Of a stretch of 64,000 nucleotides of DNA, positions 10,649 to 20,623 are shown piece by piece. The stretch lies in assembly GCA_003021305.1 (NCBI GenBank), contig PXQN01000058.1, positions 633 to 64,632 of the forward strand, written 5' to 3'. The position numbers and the translations under genes were made by a program. Each line of letters begins with the position of its first letter. Position 1 is the first letter of the stretch. The notes beneath the pieces are model-generated. The model ran no database searches. It had not been told where the DNA came from and worked only from the letters and a program-made list of their open reading frames with translations. The stretch comes from Halobacteriales archaeon QH_10_67_22. GTDB taxonomy: Archaea > Halobacteriota > Halobacteria > Halobacteriales > Haloarculaceae.

Positions 10649-11254
10649 CTATCCGTTGCCGTTGCCGTTGTTGCCGTCACTGCCGTTGCCGTTGTCCTGG
10701 TCGTCGTCCGACGAGTCCGAGTCCGTGTCGTCTTCTTCGTCGTCACCGTCGCTCTCTTCGTCGTCCCCGTCGTCCCCGTCGTCCGGTGGACCGGCGTCGT
10801 CCGGCGGACCGGTCTCGTTGCCTGACCCGGCGTGTTCGGGCGGGCCAGTCTCGTTACCCGGACCAGCGTGGTCGGGCGGGCCAGTCTCGTTGCCCGGACC
10901 AGCGTGGTCCGGAACTGACGAGGATGGGTTGTTCGCGAGCACGAAGGTCGCGACTGCCTGACCGAACGTGCCGTTGGTCCCGTTGACCTGCAGCTCTGAG
11001 ACGAACGTCGAAACCTGCTCGCCGAACGTGACGTTGACCGTCTCGTTTTCGGTCTCGTTGATCGTCTCGTTTTCGGTCTCGTTGACCGTCTCGTTGGTCG
11101 TCTCGTTGACCAATATCCCGTCCGTCGTGGACGTGCTGGCCGTGTCGTGGTCAACTGCGGGCGCGTTGATACTCGCCGTCCCCGCAGCGAGCGCCGGTCC
11201 GACACCGGCGACGAGCATAACCGCGACCATCGTGACCGGAAGTGCTGTGCGCAT
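10649..11254 (-). CDS. Secreted low-complexity, probably N-glycosylated protein
   Basis: Signal peptide; (NETx)n tract; GPP(D/E)HAGxGNET repeats; D/N/G-rich tail. Confidence 0.75.
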   Translation of the reverse strand: MRTALPVTMVAVMLVAGVGPALAAGTASINAPAVDHDTASTSTTDGILVNETTNETVNETENETINETENETVNVTFGEQVSTFVSELQVNGTNGTFGQAVATFVLANNPSSSVPDHAGPGNETGPPDHAGPGNETGPPEHAGSGNETGPPDDAGPPDDGDDGDDEESDGDDEEDDTDSDSSDDDQDNGNGSDGNNGNGNG

Positions 11255-11298
11255 CCTCACTTCCATCCCATGCCCCCCGAGTCCATATACCCCGTCAG

Positions 11299-11347
11299 CC
11301 GTTGCGTTCCGTTGCGTTCCGTTGCGAAACAGTTCAAAATCTGTTTC
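11299..11347. promoter_or_regulatory. Tandem CCGTTGCGTT repeat (about 2.8 copies) followed by the inverted repeat GAAACAG-N8-CTGTTTC
   Basis: Read directly; lies just upstream of a TATA-like box (about 11285-11290) of the secreted-protein gene. Confidence 0.45.
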
Positions 11348-11452
11348 AACGTTTATCCGCCTCTCTGAGCTCGTTTCGGAGATCGCGCTTCTCGAACCCA
11401 TTTCGCCGTGAGCGGGCCGCTACCCGGGGTCGATCCGCGGACTGTGTGGCCC

Positions 11453-12682
11453 CTAATCGTCGCGTTCGCACTCGTGGGAGGGTGTCACGCCCGCGTGCTG
11501 TCGGTCGCGGCGGCGCTGGGCGAGGCCGGCGACGGCAAGTACTGCGAGTCCAGCGACGAGGGGGACGACCAGCAGCGACATCGCCGACGCGACGTCCCAG
11601 CGGTCGACGACCACGCCCAGGACCGCCGGCACCGACCCGATGCCGACCGACCCGACGCCGGTCGCGATGGCGTTGACCGGGCCGCTGTGTTCCGGGACGG
11701 CCTCGGTCGCGTAGGCCAGCAGCGTCGGGAACGCCCCCGAGAGCAACAGCCCGGTGGCCGCCACCCCGACCAGCACCCACAGGCCGTCGGCCAGGACGAA
11801 CGTGTACGCGACCGCGGGGACGAGGCCGGCGACCAGCGCGCCTGCCAGCGTCAGGTAGTCGACGCGCTCGGCGAGCCACCCCGAGACGTACCGTCCCGGG
11901 ACGTACGTCACGAGCAACAGCGTCAGCGTCGCTTCCGACAGGCCGTCGGGCAACTGGGCGCTCGCGTAGTAGGGGAGCCAGGTGAACAGCGCGCCCTCGA
12001 CCCCCGTCGTGAAAAAGAGGACGACGAGCATCCCGAGCACTTCCGGGCGGCCCAGCAGCGGCGCGAGGCCGTCGCGTGTCAGCGGCCGTTCGGTCGTCCG
12101 GAGGGCCGGCGGATCCAGCCGCCAGAACAGGGCGGCGACGAGCGCTACGGTGACCGCGAGGGCGCCGTACACCAGTCGCCACGAGCCGACCGCGACGGCA
12201 CCGGCGACGGCCAGCGGCCCGCTCGCGGCACCGACGGCCCAGGCCATGTCGTAGCGGTTGTACACCCGCCCCCGCTCGCCGGGGTAGAAGTGGCTCAACA
12301 GCGGCCGGTCGAGCGCGCGGACGGCACCGGTCGCTGCCCCCCTGATGACGATGGCCCCGAGAAACAGCGCGAACGCGGGCGCCAGTCCCATCGCCAGCAG
12401 TGCGAGGGCGCTCCCGACCAGGCCGACGAGGATGAACCGGCGCGAGTCGAGGTGGCCGGCGCCCGACCCGACGACGACCATCACGACGAGATAGCCGACG
12501 GTCCCGGCGGGCGCGACCAGGCCGAGTTGCCACTCCGGGGGCCCGAAATCGCCCGCGAGCGACGGCAACACCGCCCCACGGGCCTGGAGCATGGCGCCCG
12601 TGGTCGCCACCGACAGGAAGATCGCGACCGTCCACAGTCGCCGGTTGCGTTCGTCGCCCGCGGCCGTCCCGTCGCCAGTCAC
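11453..12682 (-). CDS. MFS transporter
   Basis: About 12 hydrophobic segments; GAGHLDSRR and SGWLAERV loop motifs. Confidence 0.88.
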   Translation of the reverse strand: MTGDGTAAGDERNRRLWTVAIFLSVATTGAMLQARGAVLPSLAGDFGPPEWQLGLVAPAGTVGYLVVMVVVGSGAGHLDSRRFILVGLVGSALALLAMGLAPAFALFLGAIVIRGAATGAVRALDRPLLSHFYPGERGRVYNRYDMAWAVGAASGPLAVAGAVAVGSWRLVYGALAVTVALVAALFWRLDPPALRTTERPLTRDGLAPLLGRPEVLGMLVVLFFTTGVEGALFTWLPYYASAQLPDGLSEATLTLLLVTYVPGRYVSGWLAERVDYLTLAGALVAGLVPAVAYTFVLADGLWVLVGVAATGLLLSGAFPTLLAYATEAVPEHSGPVNAIATGVGSVGIGSVPAVLGVVVDRWDVASAMSLLVVPLVAGLAVLAVAGLAQRRRDRQHAGVTPSHECERDD

Positions 12683-12885
12683 CGTCTGCTCCCTGCCGGG
12701 TCGCTGGCGGCACGGACTCGCCGGATGCCCCGTCCGCACGGTCCCGCCGAGGACCCGCTCGCGGCGTGCATATACGCCCGCGTACAGAGCGTCCGACAAA
12801 GGTCCTGTCGGTCCCGTCGGAGTCCGACCCGTGGTTGCCGGATGGTTTTATTACAGTTGCCAGTCACAGTTCGGACCCAGCAACG

Positions 12886-12980
12886 ATGGGACACCTGGGT
12901 AGCCCGGCGTGACGATCCCGGTCGCCGAGCTCCGGGCGGCGGGGCTCGACTACGTCGAGGAACTGCTCGACGAGCCGTAG
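12886..12980 (+). pseudogene. Collapsed gene remnant
   Basis: TATA-like TTTTATTA at 12846; ATG at 12886; out-of-frame protein-like tail VTIPVAELRAAGLDYVEELLDEP*. Confidence 0.3.
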
Positions 12981-13011
12981 AACGGCGGATGGAGACGGAT
13001 GCGAACCCGGG

Positions 13012-13731
13012 CTACACCGCGGCCATCGCCTCGGCCAGCGTGAACCGGCCCTCGTAGAGGGCGCTGCCGACGACGACGGCGCTCGCACCCGCCGCGTGTA
13101 GCGCCCTGACGTCCTCGACGGTGGCGACGCCGCCGCTGGCGACGACCGGCACGTCGACGGCCCCGACCACCCGCTCGACGGGGTCGGTCCGGACGCCATC
13201 GAGTCGCCCCTCCACGTCGACGTCGGTAAACAGGATACCGCCGGCACCCAGTCGTTCGTAGCGCCGGGCGGCCTCGGCAGGGTCTAGCCCCGTGCCCTCG
13301 GTCCAGCCTGAGACGACCACCTCGCCGTCTTTCGCGTCGAGACTCACCAGCACGCTCCCGGGGAACTCGTCGCTTATCTCGGCGACGATGTCGGGGGTCT
13401 CGACGGCGGCGGTGCCGAGGATGACGCGGTCGACGCCCGCCCCGAGCAGGCTCGTCGCGTCGTCGACGGTGCGGATCCCGCCGCCCAGTTGCACGTCGAC
13501 GTCAACGGCCTCGACAACCCGCTCGATGGCGTCTGCGTTCTCGCGCTCGCCTTCGAAGGCACCGCCCAGGTCGACGAGGTGGAGCGTCCGGGCGCCTGCC
13601 TCGACCCACCGCCGGGCGGCCGCGACGGGGTCACCGTACGTCTTCCCGGTGTCGCGCTCGCCGCCGACCAGCTGGACGACCTGGCCGTCCTGGACGTCGA
13701 CCGCCGGGACGACCTCGAACTCGGGGAACAT
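13012..13731 (-). CDS. hisA: ProFAR isomerase
   Basis: VPAVDVQDGQVVQL, QLGGGIR, FTDVDVEG and VASGGV motifs. Confidence 0.95.
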   Translation of the reverse strand: MFPEFEVVPAVDVQDGQVVQLVGGERDTGKTYGDPVAAARRWVEAGARTLHLVDLGGAFEGERENADAIERVVEAVDVDVQLGGGIRTVDDATSLLGAGVDRVILGTAAVETPDIVAEISDEFPGSVLVSLDAKDGEVVVSGWTEGTGLDPAEAARRYERLGAGGILFTDVDVEGRLDGVRTDPVERVVGAVDVPVVASGGVATVEDVRALHAAGASAVVVGSALYEGRFTLAEAMAAV

Positions 13732-13795
13732 ATCTCCGCGTGGGCGAGCGCGGGCGGAAAGCGTGTCGGTTCCGCCCGCGGCTCCGCCGTGACCG

Positions 13796-15424
13796 TCACT
13801 CCAGTAAGAGTAGCGTCGGGTCCTCCAGGTACTCGACGAGCGTGTTGACGAAGCGGGCGGCGTCGGCGCCGTCGACGACGCGGTGGTCGATAGACAGCGA
13901 CAGCGTCAGCACGTGGCGGGGTACGACCTCGCCGCTCACGCCGCCCGCGTCGGGGTCGTCGGTCCCGTCTGCGCCGTCACGCTCGACGACGACCGGACGT
14001 TTCTTGATCTCGCCGAGTCCCAGAATGGCAGTCTCGGGGTAGTTGATGATCGGCGTGGCGTACTCGCCGCCGATGGCCCCGAAGTTGGTGACGGTGAAGG
14101 TGCTGCCCCGGAGCTGGTCGCGGGCGATAGAGCGGTCGCGGGCCGCCGCCGTGAGGTCGGCTATCTCCGAGGCGATAGGCAGCAGGCCCTTCCCGTCGAC
14201 TGCCTCGACGACCGGCACCATCAGCCCGGCGTCGGTGGCCGTGGCCACGCCGATGTCGTAGTAGTTCTTGTAGACGATTTCGTCGCTGTCCTCGTCGAGC
14301 GCGGTGTTCAACACCGGGTGTTCTTTCAGGGCGGCGATGACGGCCTTCAGCACGAAGGGGAGATAGGTGAGGTTCACGCCCTGCTCCTCGGCGCGGGGTT
14401 TCAGTCGCTCTCGGGCCCGGACCAGCTCGGTCACGTCGGCCGTGTCGTGGTGGGTGACGTGGGGCGCGGTGAACTTCGAGCGCTCCATCGCCTCGCCGAT
14501 GGTCTTGCGCACGCCGCGGTACGGCTCCCGGCGCTCTCGGGCGTCGGGTCCGTCCCGGCGGGCCTGGTCGCCCGCGCCGGCGGCCAACTCGGCGGCGTCG
14601 GCGGCCTGGGCGCGCTGCTGGGCCTCGGCGTACTCCCGGACCGCCGCCTCCGTGACGTACGCCTCGCCGTCACGCTCCTCGACCGCGGGCACGTCGTCGA
14701 GAGCGACGTCGAGTTCGCGGGAGACCCGCCTGGTCGCAGGCGTCGCCAGTGTCCGGTCCCGTCCCGCCGGCTTGGGGCCGCCCGCGGCGCCGCCCTGCTG
14801 TCCGTCGGCGCCCGCTCCGGTCGCGCCGTCGTCGTCGACCGCGGAGACGACCGACGTGAGCCCGTCGTCGGCCTCCCTGTCGCCGTTCTCGTCGTCGTCG
14901 ATCCGCGTGACGGCCGACTTCAGGCCGCCGTCGTCCTGTCCGTCGTCGCCCTGTCCGTCGGCGGCCGCGCGGACGTCGGCCTCGGTGACGCGCCCGCCGG
15001 GACCCGAGCCATCCACAGCCCCGATGTCGACGCCGAGTTCCCGGGCCAGTTGCCGCGCCGAGGGCGGCGCGAACACCCGCCCGCCGGGAGCAGACTCCTC
15101 GTCGGCCGCGGCCTCGCCGTCCCCGGCGGTCGCTTCGCCATCGTCGGTTGCATCGACCGAGTCGGTTCCGGCGGCTTCCTCGTCCTCGCCGTCGACCGCG
15201 AAGGTGACGAGGACGTCGCCGACGGGGACGACGTCCCCGGGGTCGGCGTGGAGTTCGTGGACCCGCCCGTCGACGGGCGAGGGGACGTCGACGGCGGCCT
15301 TGTCAGTCTCGACTCTGGCGACGACCTGGTCTTCGGTGACGCGGTCGCCCACCGACACCTGCCAGGCCAGGAGGTCGCCCTCGGTGACGCCTTCGCCCAC
15401 GTCGGGGAGCGTGAACTCGCGCAT
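13796..15424 (-). CDS. pdhC: 2-oxoacid dehydrogenase E2 (dihydrolipoamide acyltransferase)
   Basis: Lipoyl motif ETDKA; E3-binding GSGPGGRV; catalytic DHRVVDG. Confidence 0.93.
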   Translation of the reverse strand: MREFTLPDVGEGVTEGDLLAWQVSVGDRVTEDQVVARVETDKAAVDVPSPVDGRVHELHADPGDVVPVGDVLVTFAVDGEDEEAAGTDSVDATDDGEATAGDGEAAADEESAPGGRVFAPPSARQLARELGVDIGAVDGSGPGGRVTEADVRAAADGQGDDGQDDGGLKSAVTRIDDDENGDREADDGLTSVVSAVDDDGATGAGADGQQGGAAGGPKPAGRDRTLATPATRRVSRELDVALDDVPAVEERDGEAYVTEAAVREYAEAQQRAQAADAAELAAGAGDQARRDGPDARERREPYRGVRKTIGEAMERSKFTAPHVTHHDTADVTELVRARERLKPRAEEQGVNLTYLPFVLKAVIAALKEHPVLNTALDEDSDEIVYKNYYDIGVATATDAGLMVPVVEAVDGKGLLPIASEIADLTAAARDRSIARDQLRGSTFTVTNFGAIGGEYATPIINYPETAILGLGEIKKRPVVVERDGADGTDDPDAGGVSGEVVPRHVLTLSLSIDHRVVDGADAARFVNTLVEYLEDPTLLLLE

Positions 15425-15426
15425 GG

Positions 15427-16428
15427 TCAGAAGTCGACGGCGTCTCTAATGCCGTCTTCGATGCGGTCGGCCTCGGGCAGGTAGTAGTCCTCCAGGGCGT
15501 ACAGCGGGTAGGGGACGTCGAAACCCGTGACTCGCTCGACGGGGGCCTCCTGGTAGAGCAACGATTCTTCCTGGAGCGTGGCGATGATCTCGCCGGCCAG
15601 GCCGCCGGTCTTGGGCGCCTCGTGGACGACGACGGCCCGCCCGGTCTTCTCGAAGGAGTCGACGATAGTGTCCTCGTCCAGCGGCGAGAGCGTCCGCAGG
15701 TCGACCACCTCGACGTCTACCTCGCCGGCGAGGTTCTCGGCGGCCTCCATCGTCGGCCGGGTCATCGCGCCCCAGGTGAACACCGACACGTCCGACCCCG
15801 CCCGGCGGACGGCGGCCTCGCCCAGTTCTACGGTGTAGGGCTCTGCGGGGACGTCCTCGCGGAACGCCCGGTAGATCAGTTTCGGTTCGAGAAAGACGAC
15901 GGGGTCGGGGTCGCGTATCGACGCCGCGAGCAGTCCTTTCGTGTCGTAGGGCGTCGACGGGACCACGACTTTCAGCCCCGGTTCGTGGACGAAGAAGGCT
16001 TCCGTGGACTCGGAGTGGTGTTCGGGCGCACGGATGCCGCCGCCGTAGGGTGCCCGGACCACGAGCGGGCAGGTAAAGGCGCCCCGCGACCGGGTGCGCA
16101 GGCGAGCGGCGTGGGAGACGATCTGGTCGAACGCGGGGTAGATGAAGCCCATGAACTGGATCTCGGCGACCGGGCGCATCCCGTAGGCGGCCATGCCGAT
16201 GGCGGTGCCGACGATGCCCGACTCGGCCAGGGGCGTGTCGACGACGCGGTCCGCGCCGAACTCGTCGATGAGTCCCTGCGTGGCCCGGAAGACGCCGCCG
16301 TTCTCGCCGACGTCCTCGCCCATGACGAGCACGTCGTCGTCGCGTTCCATCTCGTCGTGCAGGCCGTCGCGTACGGCCTGTACGAGCGTCAAACTCTCTG
16401 TCTGGGCCTCCTGGTGGGTCCGGCTCAT
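15427..16428 (-). CDS. pdhB: 2-oxoacid dehydrogenase E1 beta
   Basis: GEDVGENGGVFRAT, DTPLAESGI and PEHHSES motifs. Confidence 0.94.
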   Translation of the reverse strand: MSRTHQEAQTESLTLVQAVRDGLHDEMERDDDVLVMGEDVGENGGVFRATQGLIDEFGADRVVDTPLAESGIVGTAIGMAAYGMRPVAEIQFMGFIYPAFDQIVSHAARLRTRSRGAFTCPLVVRAPYGGGIRAPEHHSESTEAFFVHEPGLKVVVPSTPYDTKGLLAASIRDPDPVVFLEPKLIYRAFREDVPAEPYTVELGEAAVRRAGSDVSVFTWGAMTRPTMEAAENLAGEVDVEVVDLRTLSPLDEDTIVDSFEKTGRAVVVHEAPKTGGLAGEIIATLQEESLLYQEAPVERVTGFDVPYPLYALEDYYLPEADRIEDGIRDAVDF

Positions 16429-16429
16429 G

Positions 16430-17412
16430 TCATTCGAGGATGGCGTCGTCGCCGTGGCGGTCGCGCAGTCGCTGGAGGTAGGCCTGCTGTTCGTCCAGTC
16501 GCCGGGGCATGCCCTCGTAGACGTGGGCGAACATCTCCGCGGGGTCGGGCCGTTTGACCGCCTCGGCGGTCGCGATGGCCTCGGCGACTTCGTCTTCGAT
16601 GCCCTGTTCGATCGCTTCGATCCGGTCGTCGTCTAAGATCGCCTGGTCCCGGAGGAACCGCTCCATGCGCGGGATCGGGTCCTTCTGGCGCCAGCGCTCG
16701 ACCTCCTCCTCGTCGCGGTACACGGAGGGGTCGTCGGCCGTCGTGTGAGCGCCGAAGCGGTACTGGACGGCCTCGATCAGCGTCGGGCGCAACTCGTCGG
16801 GGTTGGGGTGTTTGGCCTTCTCGACGGCGGCCCTGGTCACCTGGTAGACCGCCAGCGGGTCCATCCCGTCGACCTGGACGCCCTCGAACCCGTAGGCCGT
16901 CGCCTTCCCGGCCAGCGTCTCACTCGCCGTCTGTCGTTCCCGGGGCACCGAGATGGCCCACTGGTTGTTGTTACAGAAAAAGACCGCGGGGACGTCGAAC
17001 ACGCCGGCGAAGTTCAGCCCCTCGTGGAAGTCACCCTCCGAGGTGGCGCCGTCGCCGAAGTAACAGAGAAACGCCTTCCGTTCGTCTCTGAGTTTCGAGG
17101 CCCACGCCGCGCCGGTGGCGTGATCGCGGCGTGCTCGCGGTAGCTCGGGAACAGCCAGTCGTCGTCTTCGAGGGCGTGGACGCTGCCGACCTGGGCGCCC
17201 TCCTGGCCCGACAGCGGCGGGTACGTCCCCATCCGCCCCTGGCGCTGCAGACTCACTGCCCGCTCGTCGAACCGCCGCGCGAGTTTCATCTCGCGGTACA
17301 TCTCGACGAACGTCTCCTCGTCCAGGTCGGGTACCGTCGCACCGTCGCGTACCCGACCGTCCTCGTCGAGAACCTGGACCCTGTCGTCCGGGTCTCGCTG
17401 TAACGTACTCAT
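16430..17412 (-). pseudogene. pdhA: E1 alpha with an internal deletion and frameshift
   Basis: N-terminal part (to PSYREHAA) and C-terminal part (from HATGAAWA, containing GDGATSEGD) are in different frames, joined at about 17123; roughly 40 codons appear missing. Confidence 0.88.
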
Positions 17413-17668
17413 AGAACCCTCCTGGGGAACATACCACGGATTTCTCGCGCTGACGGCTTAAGGATTTCCGTAAATAGCTTTCGCTCGTGACTATTATTGC
17501 CCGCGGCGAGTCGGTGAACGTCGAACGAGGATGGGATTTTCAGCCATTTCTCCCCCGGTATCGGGGCAGCAACTGAACGAACGTCCACTGACTAGTCACA
17601 CAGCGCGAGCGTGCCCGTCGGCCGTGCCCGCCGCTCGCGCTCGGCTACCTTCGTGGGAACGAGGCCAG

Positions 17669-18598
17669 TCAGTCAACTCGTGCGTGGCGTCGAGCCGCCT
17701 CGACGGAGGCCCCGTCCCGGAGGACGCTCTCGACGAACAGTTCGCCCGCCCGGTAGGACGACCGGACCATCGGGCCCGAGGCACAGTACAGGAAGTCGAG
17801 TTCGTCCTCGGCGACCCGTCGCCAGGTGTCGAACGCATCGGGGTGGACGTACTCGCTGACTTCGAGGTGCGAGCGCGAGGGCTGGAGGGACTGGCCCAGC
17901 GTGACGATGTCGACGCCGACGCTCTGGAGGTCGGCGAGCGTCTGGTAGACCTCGTGGTCGTACTCGCCGACGCCGAGCATCAGGCTAGTCTTGACGTAGG
18001 CGTCTCCCTCGCGGGCGGCCTGCCGGAGGACCGACAGCGACTGTTCGTACCCCGCACGGCGGTCCCGGACCGGCCACTGGAGCCGATCGACGGTCTCGAC
18101 GTTGTGGGCGAACACGTCCGGCTCCGCGTCCAACACTTCCCCCACGAGGTCGGGGTCGCCCTGGAAATCGGGGGTGAGCGCCTCGACCAGGATACCCGGG
18201 TGTCGGTCCTGTATCGCCTCGATCGTCCGGGCGAAGTGGCCGGCGCCCTGGTCGGGCAGGTCGTCGCGGTCGACCGACGTGAGCACGACGTAATCGAGGC
18301 CGATCTCGGCGACTGCGTCGGCGACCTGCTCGGGTTCCTCGGGGTCTAACGGGGCCATCCCGCCGGTCTCGACGTCACAGAAGTTACACCCCCGCGAACA
18401 CCGGTCGCCCATCAGCATGAACGTCGCAGTGCCGGGGCCGTCCCGCCCGCTCCAGCATTCCCCCAGGTTCGGACAGTTGGCCTCCTCACACACCGTGTTG
18501 AGGTCGTGGTCCCGCAACGTCTCTCTGATCTCGGTGAACCGCTCGCCCGCCGGTGGCCGGGTCTTCAACCACTCGGGCTTGCGAGCGTGACTCATCAT
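17669..18598 (-). CDS. lipA: Lipoyl synthase
   Basis: CEEANCPNLGEC, CSRGCNFC and RSSY motifs. Confidence 0.95.
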   Translation of the reverse strand: MMSHARKPEWLKTRPPAGERFTEIRETLRDHDLNTVCEEANCPNLGECWSGRDGPGTATFMLMGDRCSRGCNFCDVETGGMAPLDPEEPEQVADAVAEIGLDYVVLTSVDRDDLPDQGAGHFARTIEAIQDRHPGILVEALTPDFQGDPDLVGEVLDAEPDVFAHNVETVDRLQWPVRDRRAGYEQSLSVLRQAAREGDAYVKTSLMLGVGEYDHEVYQTLADLQSVGVDIVTLGQSLQPSRSHLEVSEYVHPDAFDTWRRVAEDELDFLYCASGPMVRSSYRAGELFVESVLRDGASVEAARRHARVD

Positions 18599-18744
18599 CC
18601 ACCAGTTGGGACCGGGCGGGCAAAAACGTGCGGACCGGCCGCCCGTGGGGCCGCGACGCCACAGAGACAGTCTCGACCACGAGTCCACGGAAATCCGCGG
18701 TTCGAGGGAAAATCATATCAAACATGAGGGCGAACGTCAGGTGA

Positions 18745-19392
18745 ATGAACTCCGCCGAGTTGCTCGACCTCCTGGGGAACGCCAACCGGCGGCGGATCCT
18801 GCAGTTGCTCGCACACAAACCCTGTTACGTGACCGAGATCAGCGAGTACCTGGGCGTCAGTCCGAAGGCGGTCATCGACCACCTCGACAAGCTGGAGACG
18901 GCGGGGCTGGTCGAGAGTCGGGTCGACGACAAGCGCCGGAAGTACTTCCACATCGCCCGCAACCTCCGGCTGGAAGTGAACGTCTCCCCCTACCAGTTCG
19001 GGACAAAGAGCGCCTATCCGGCCAGTCAGGTCGACGTGACGACCTGCCGGCACGTCTCGATCGACGCCGAGTTCGAGGAGACGACCGACGCCGCCGACCT
19101 GGCGCGGGAACTGAGTCGGTTGCGGGACCTCGAAAAGGAGCTGTCGATGGTCCAGCGGTGGGTCCACGGGCGACTGACCGACGTGATGGACGACCTCACC
19201 GACCAGTTCGAGGGCGAGGACAGCCGCCTGCTGGGCGACGTGGTCTCGTCGCTGGCCGCAGACCCCGGTACCATCGAGGAGGTGAGCCGTCGTCTGGAGA
19301 CCCCGCCCGAAGTCGTCGCCGAGACGCTCCGACAGCTGGCCGACGACGGCGTCGTCGTTCGCGACGGCGACGAGTGGCGCCTCCCCGACTAA
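18745..19392 (+). CDS. ArsR-family transcriptional regulator
   Basis: LGNANRRRILQLL...VTEISEYLGVSPKAVIDHL wHTH. Confidence 0.88.
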   Translation: MNSAELLDLLGNANRRRILQLLAHKPCYVTEISEYLGVSPKAVIDHLDKLETAGLVESRVDDKRRKYFHIARNLRLEVNVSPYQFGTKSAYPASQVDVTTCRHVSIDAEFEETTDAADLARELSRLRDLEKELSMVQRWVHGRLTDVMDDLTDQFEGEDSRLLGDVVSSLAADPGTIEEVSRRLETPPEVVAETLRQLADDGVVVRDGDEWRLPD

Positions 19393-20012
19393 ACGTCGCG
19401 GGTCAGCCCACTCCGGAGGTCGCGCCCGAAGTAGTGGCCCACCACGGCCGCCAGCAGCCCCGTGACGGCGCCGAACGCGGCCAGGGGCAAACCGACGTCG
19501 GCCAGCAACGCGAGCTGGAGCGAGGTGAGAAACGCCGCGAGCCCGGCCGCCAGCGCGCCGGCGACCGCCAGTTCCAGGTACCGCGACTTCCCGCTGACGA
19601 GGCCGAGCAGGAACGTCCCGACGAACACGCCGACCGGGCCGCCGAACGAACCCACAATGGGGATCGCGCTCCCGGCGAGCATCGAGCCCACGACGACCAG
19701 CATCGCCACGCCGACGTCCCGGCCCGACGGCGCACCGCCGAACGGGCTTCCAACCGAGGGCCGCAATCGGGAGAACAGCCCCGGCCCGTCGGCGGTCGTC
19801 TCGGCCGCGGCGTCGGTCGTCGACCCGCCGCTCGCGTCCGACGAGGGGCCGGCGCTCGTGGTCGACGACGGCTCGCCGGTCAACGCGTCCACGTCGACGC
19901 CGAGTTCGTCCTCGTCGAAGCCGACGTCGCCGGTCGTCCCCCCCTGGTCGAGCCCGTCCAGGTCCACGTCACCGTCGTCTTCGAGGGTCCGCTCGTCGGT
20001 CCGCTCTGACAT
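19389..20012 (-). CDS. Membrane protein with an acidic N-terminus
   Basis: Four hydrophobic segments; C-terminal GHYFGRDLRSGLTRDV. Confidence 0.75.
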   Translation of the reverse strand: MSERTDERTLEDDGDVDLDGLDQGGTTGDVGFDEDELGVDVDALTGEPSSTTSAGPSSDASGGSTTDAAAETTADGPGLFSRLRPSVGSPFGGAPSGRDVGVAMLVVVGSMLAGSAIPIVGSFGGPVGVFVGTFLLGLVSGKSRYLELAVAGALAAGLAAFLTSLQLALLADVGLPLAAFGAVTGLLAAVVGHYFGRDLRSGLTRDV

Positions 20013-20178
20013 ACCCGAACCTGGGTGCCCGAGCCCAATGGGCCTTTTCCTCGCCGGCGGTCGGACCTGGCGAGACGGGAGCAGGTCGCCCATTGACCGG
20101 CGCCGACGCCGACGGCAGAGACCCGCGACCTCGTCCCGAGAGTGTATGAACTATGTACGTGGCGACCGTACGACACGT

Positions 20179-20568
20179 ATGGAGTACGAGCACGAGCAGG
20201 ACCTGACGGAAGGATCGGACGTGAACCCAGTCGCTCTCTCGCTCGCCGGGGGTGCCGTCGGTACCGTGGCCGGATTGAAAAAGGGGGGGATCGGTGGCGC
20301 CGTCGTCGGCGGTCTGGTCGGGGGAACAGCCGGATACGTCGCCGGCGCGACCGCCAGCGAAAGCGACCCGCTCTCGCCCGGCGCCGACGTGGAGCCGATC
20401 AGCGTCTCCGTCGGCGAAGAAGACGACGAGGACGAAGACGAGGAGCGTGAGGAGTCCGAAGCCGGCGCGGACGACGCCGACGAAGAAGACGAGGCAGAGA
20501 GCGCCGACGACGCGGACGGCACCGACGACGCGGACGGCGCGGACGACGACGACGAACAGACCGACTGA
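20179..20568 (+). CDS. Glycine-zipper protein with an acidic tail
   Basis: GGAVG...GGIGGAVVGGLVGG followed by a D/E-rich tail. Confidence 0.65.
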   Translation: MEYEHEQDLTEGSDVNPVALSLAGGAVGTVAGLKKGGIGGAVVGGLVGGTAGYVAGATASESDPLSPGADVEPISVSVGEEDDEDEDEEREESEAGADDADEEDEAESADDADGTDDADGADDDDEQTD

Positions 20569-20623
20569 GCAGGCGCCGTCGCCAACGAGTGGATTCAAGT
20601 CCGGCGCCGGGCAAGGTCCGGAC

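Noticed and set aside
9492..10961. Long alternative-frame ORFs (this one, 11408-13057, 13883-15484, 28640-30793 and the 5' extension of 54606-57341)
   Set aside because: Shadow ORFs of high-GC coding sequence that overlap well-supported genes and have no motifs
17100..17140. Programmed frameshift or intron in pdhA
   Set aside because: Sequence is missing rather than inserted, and there is no slippery run
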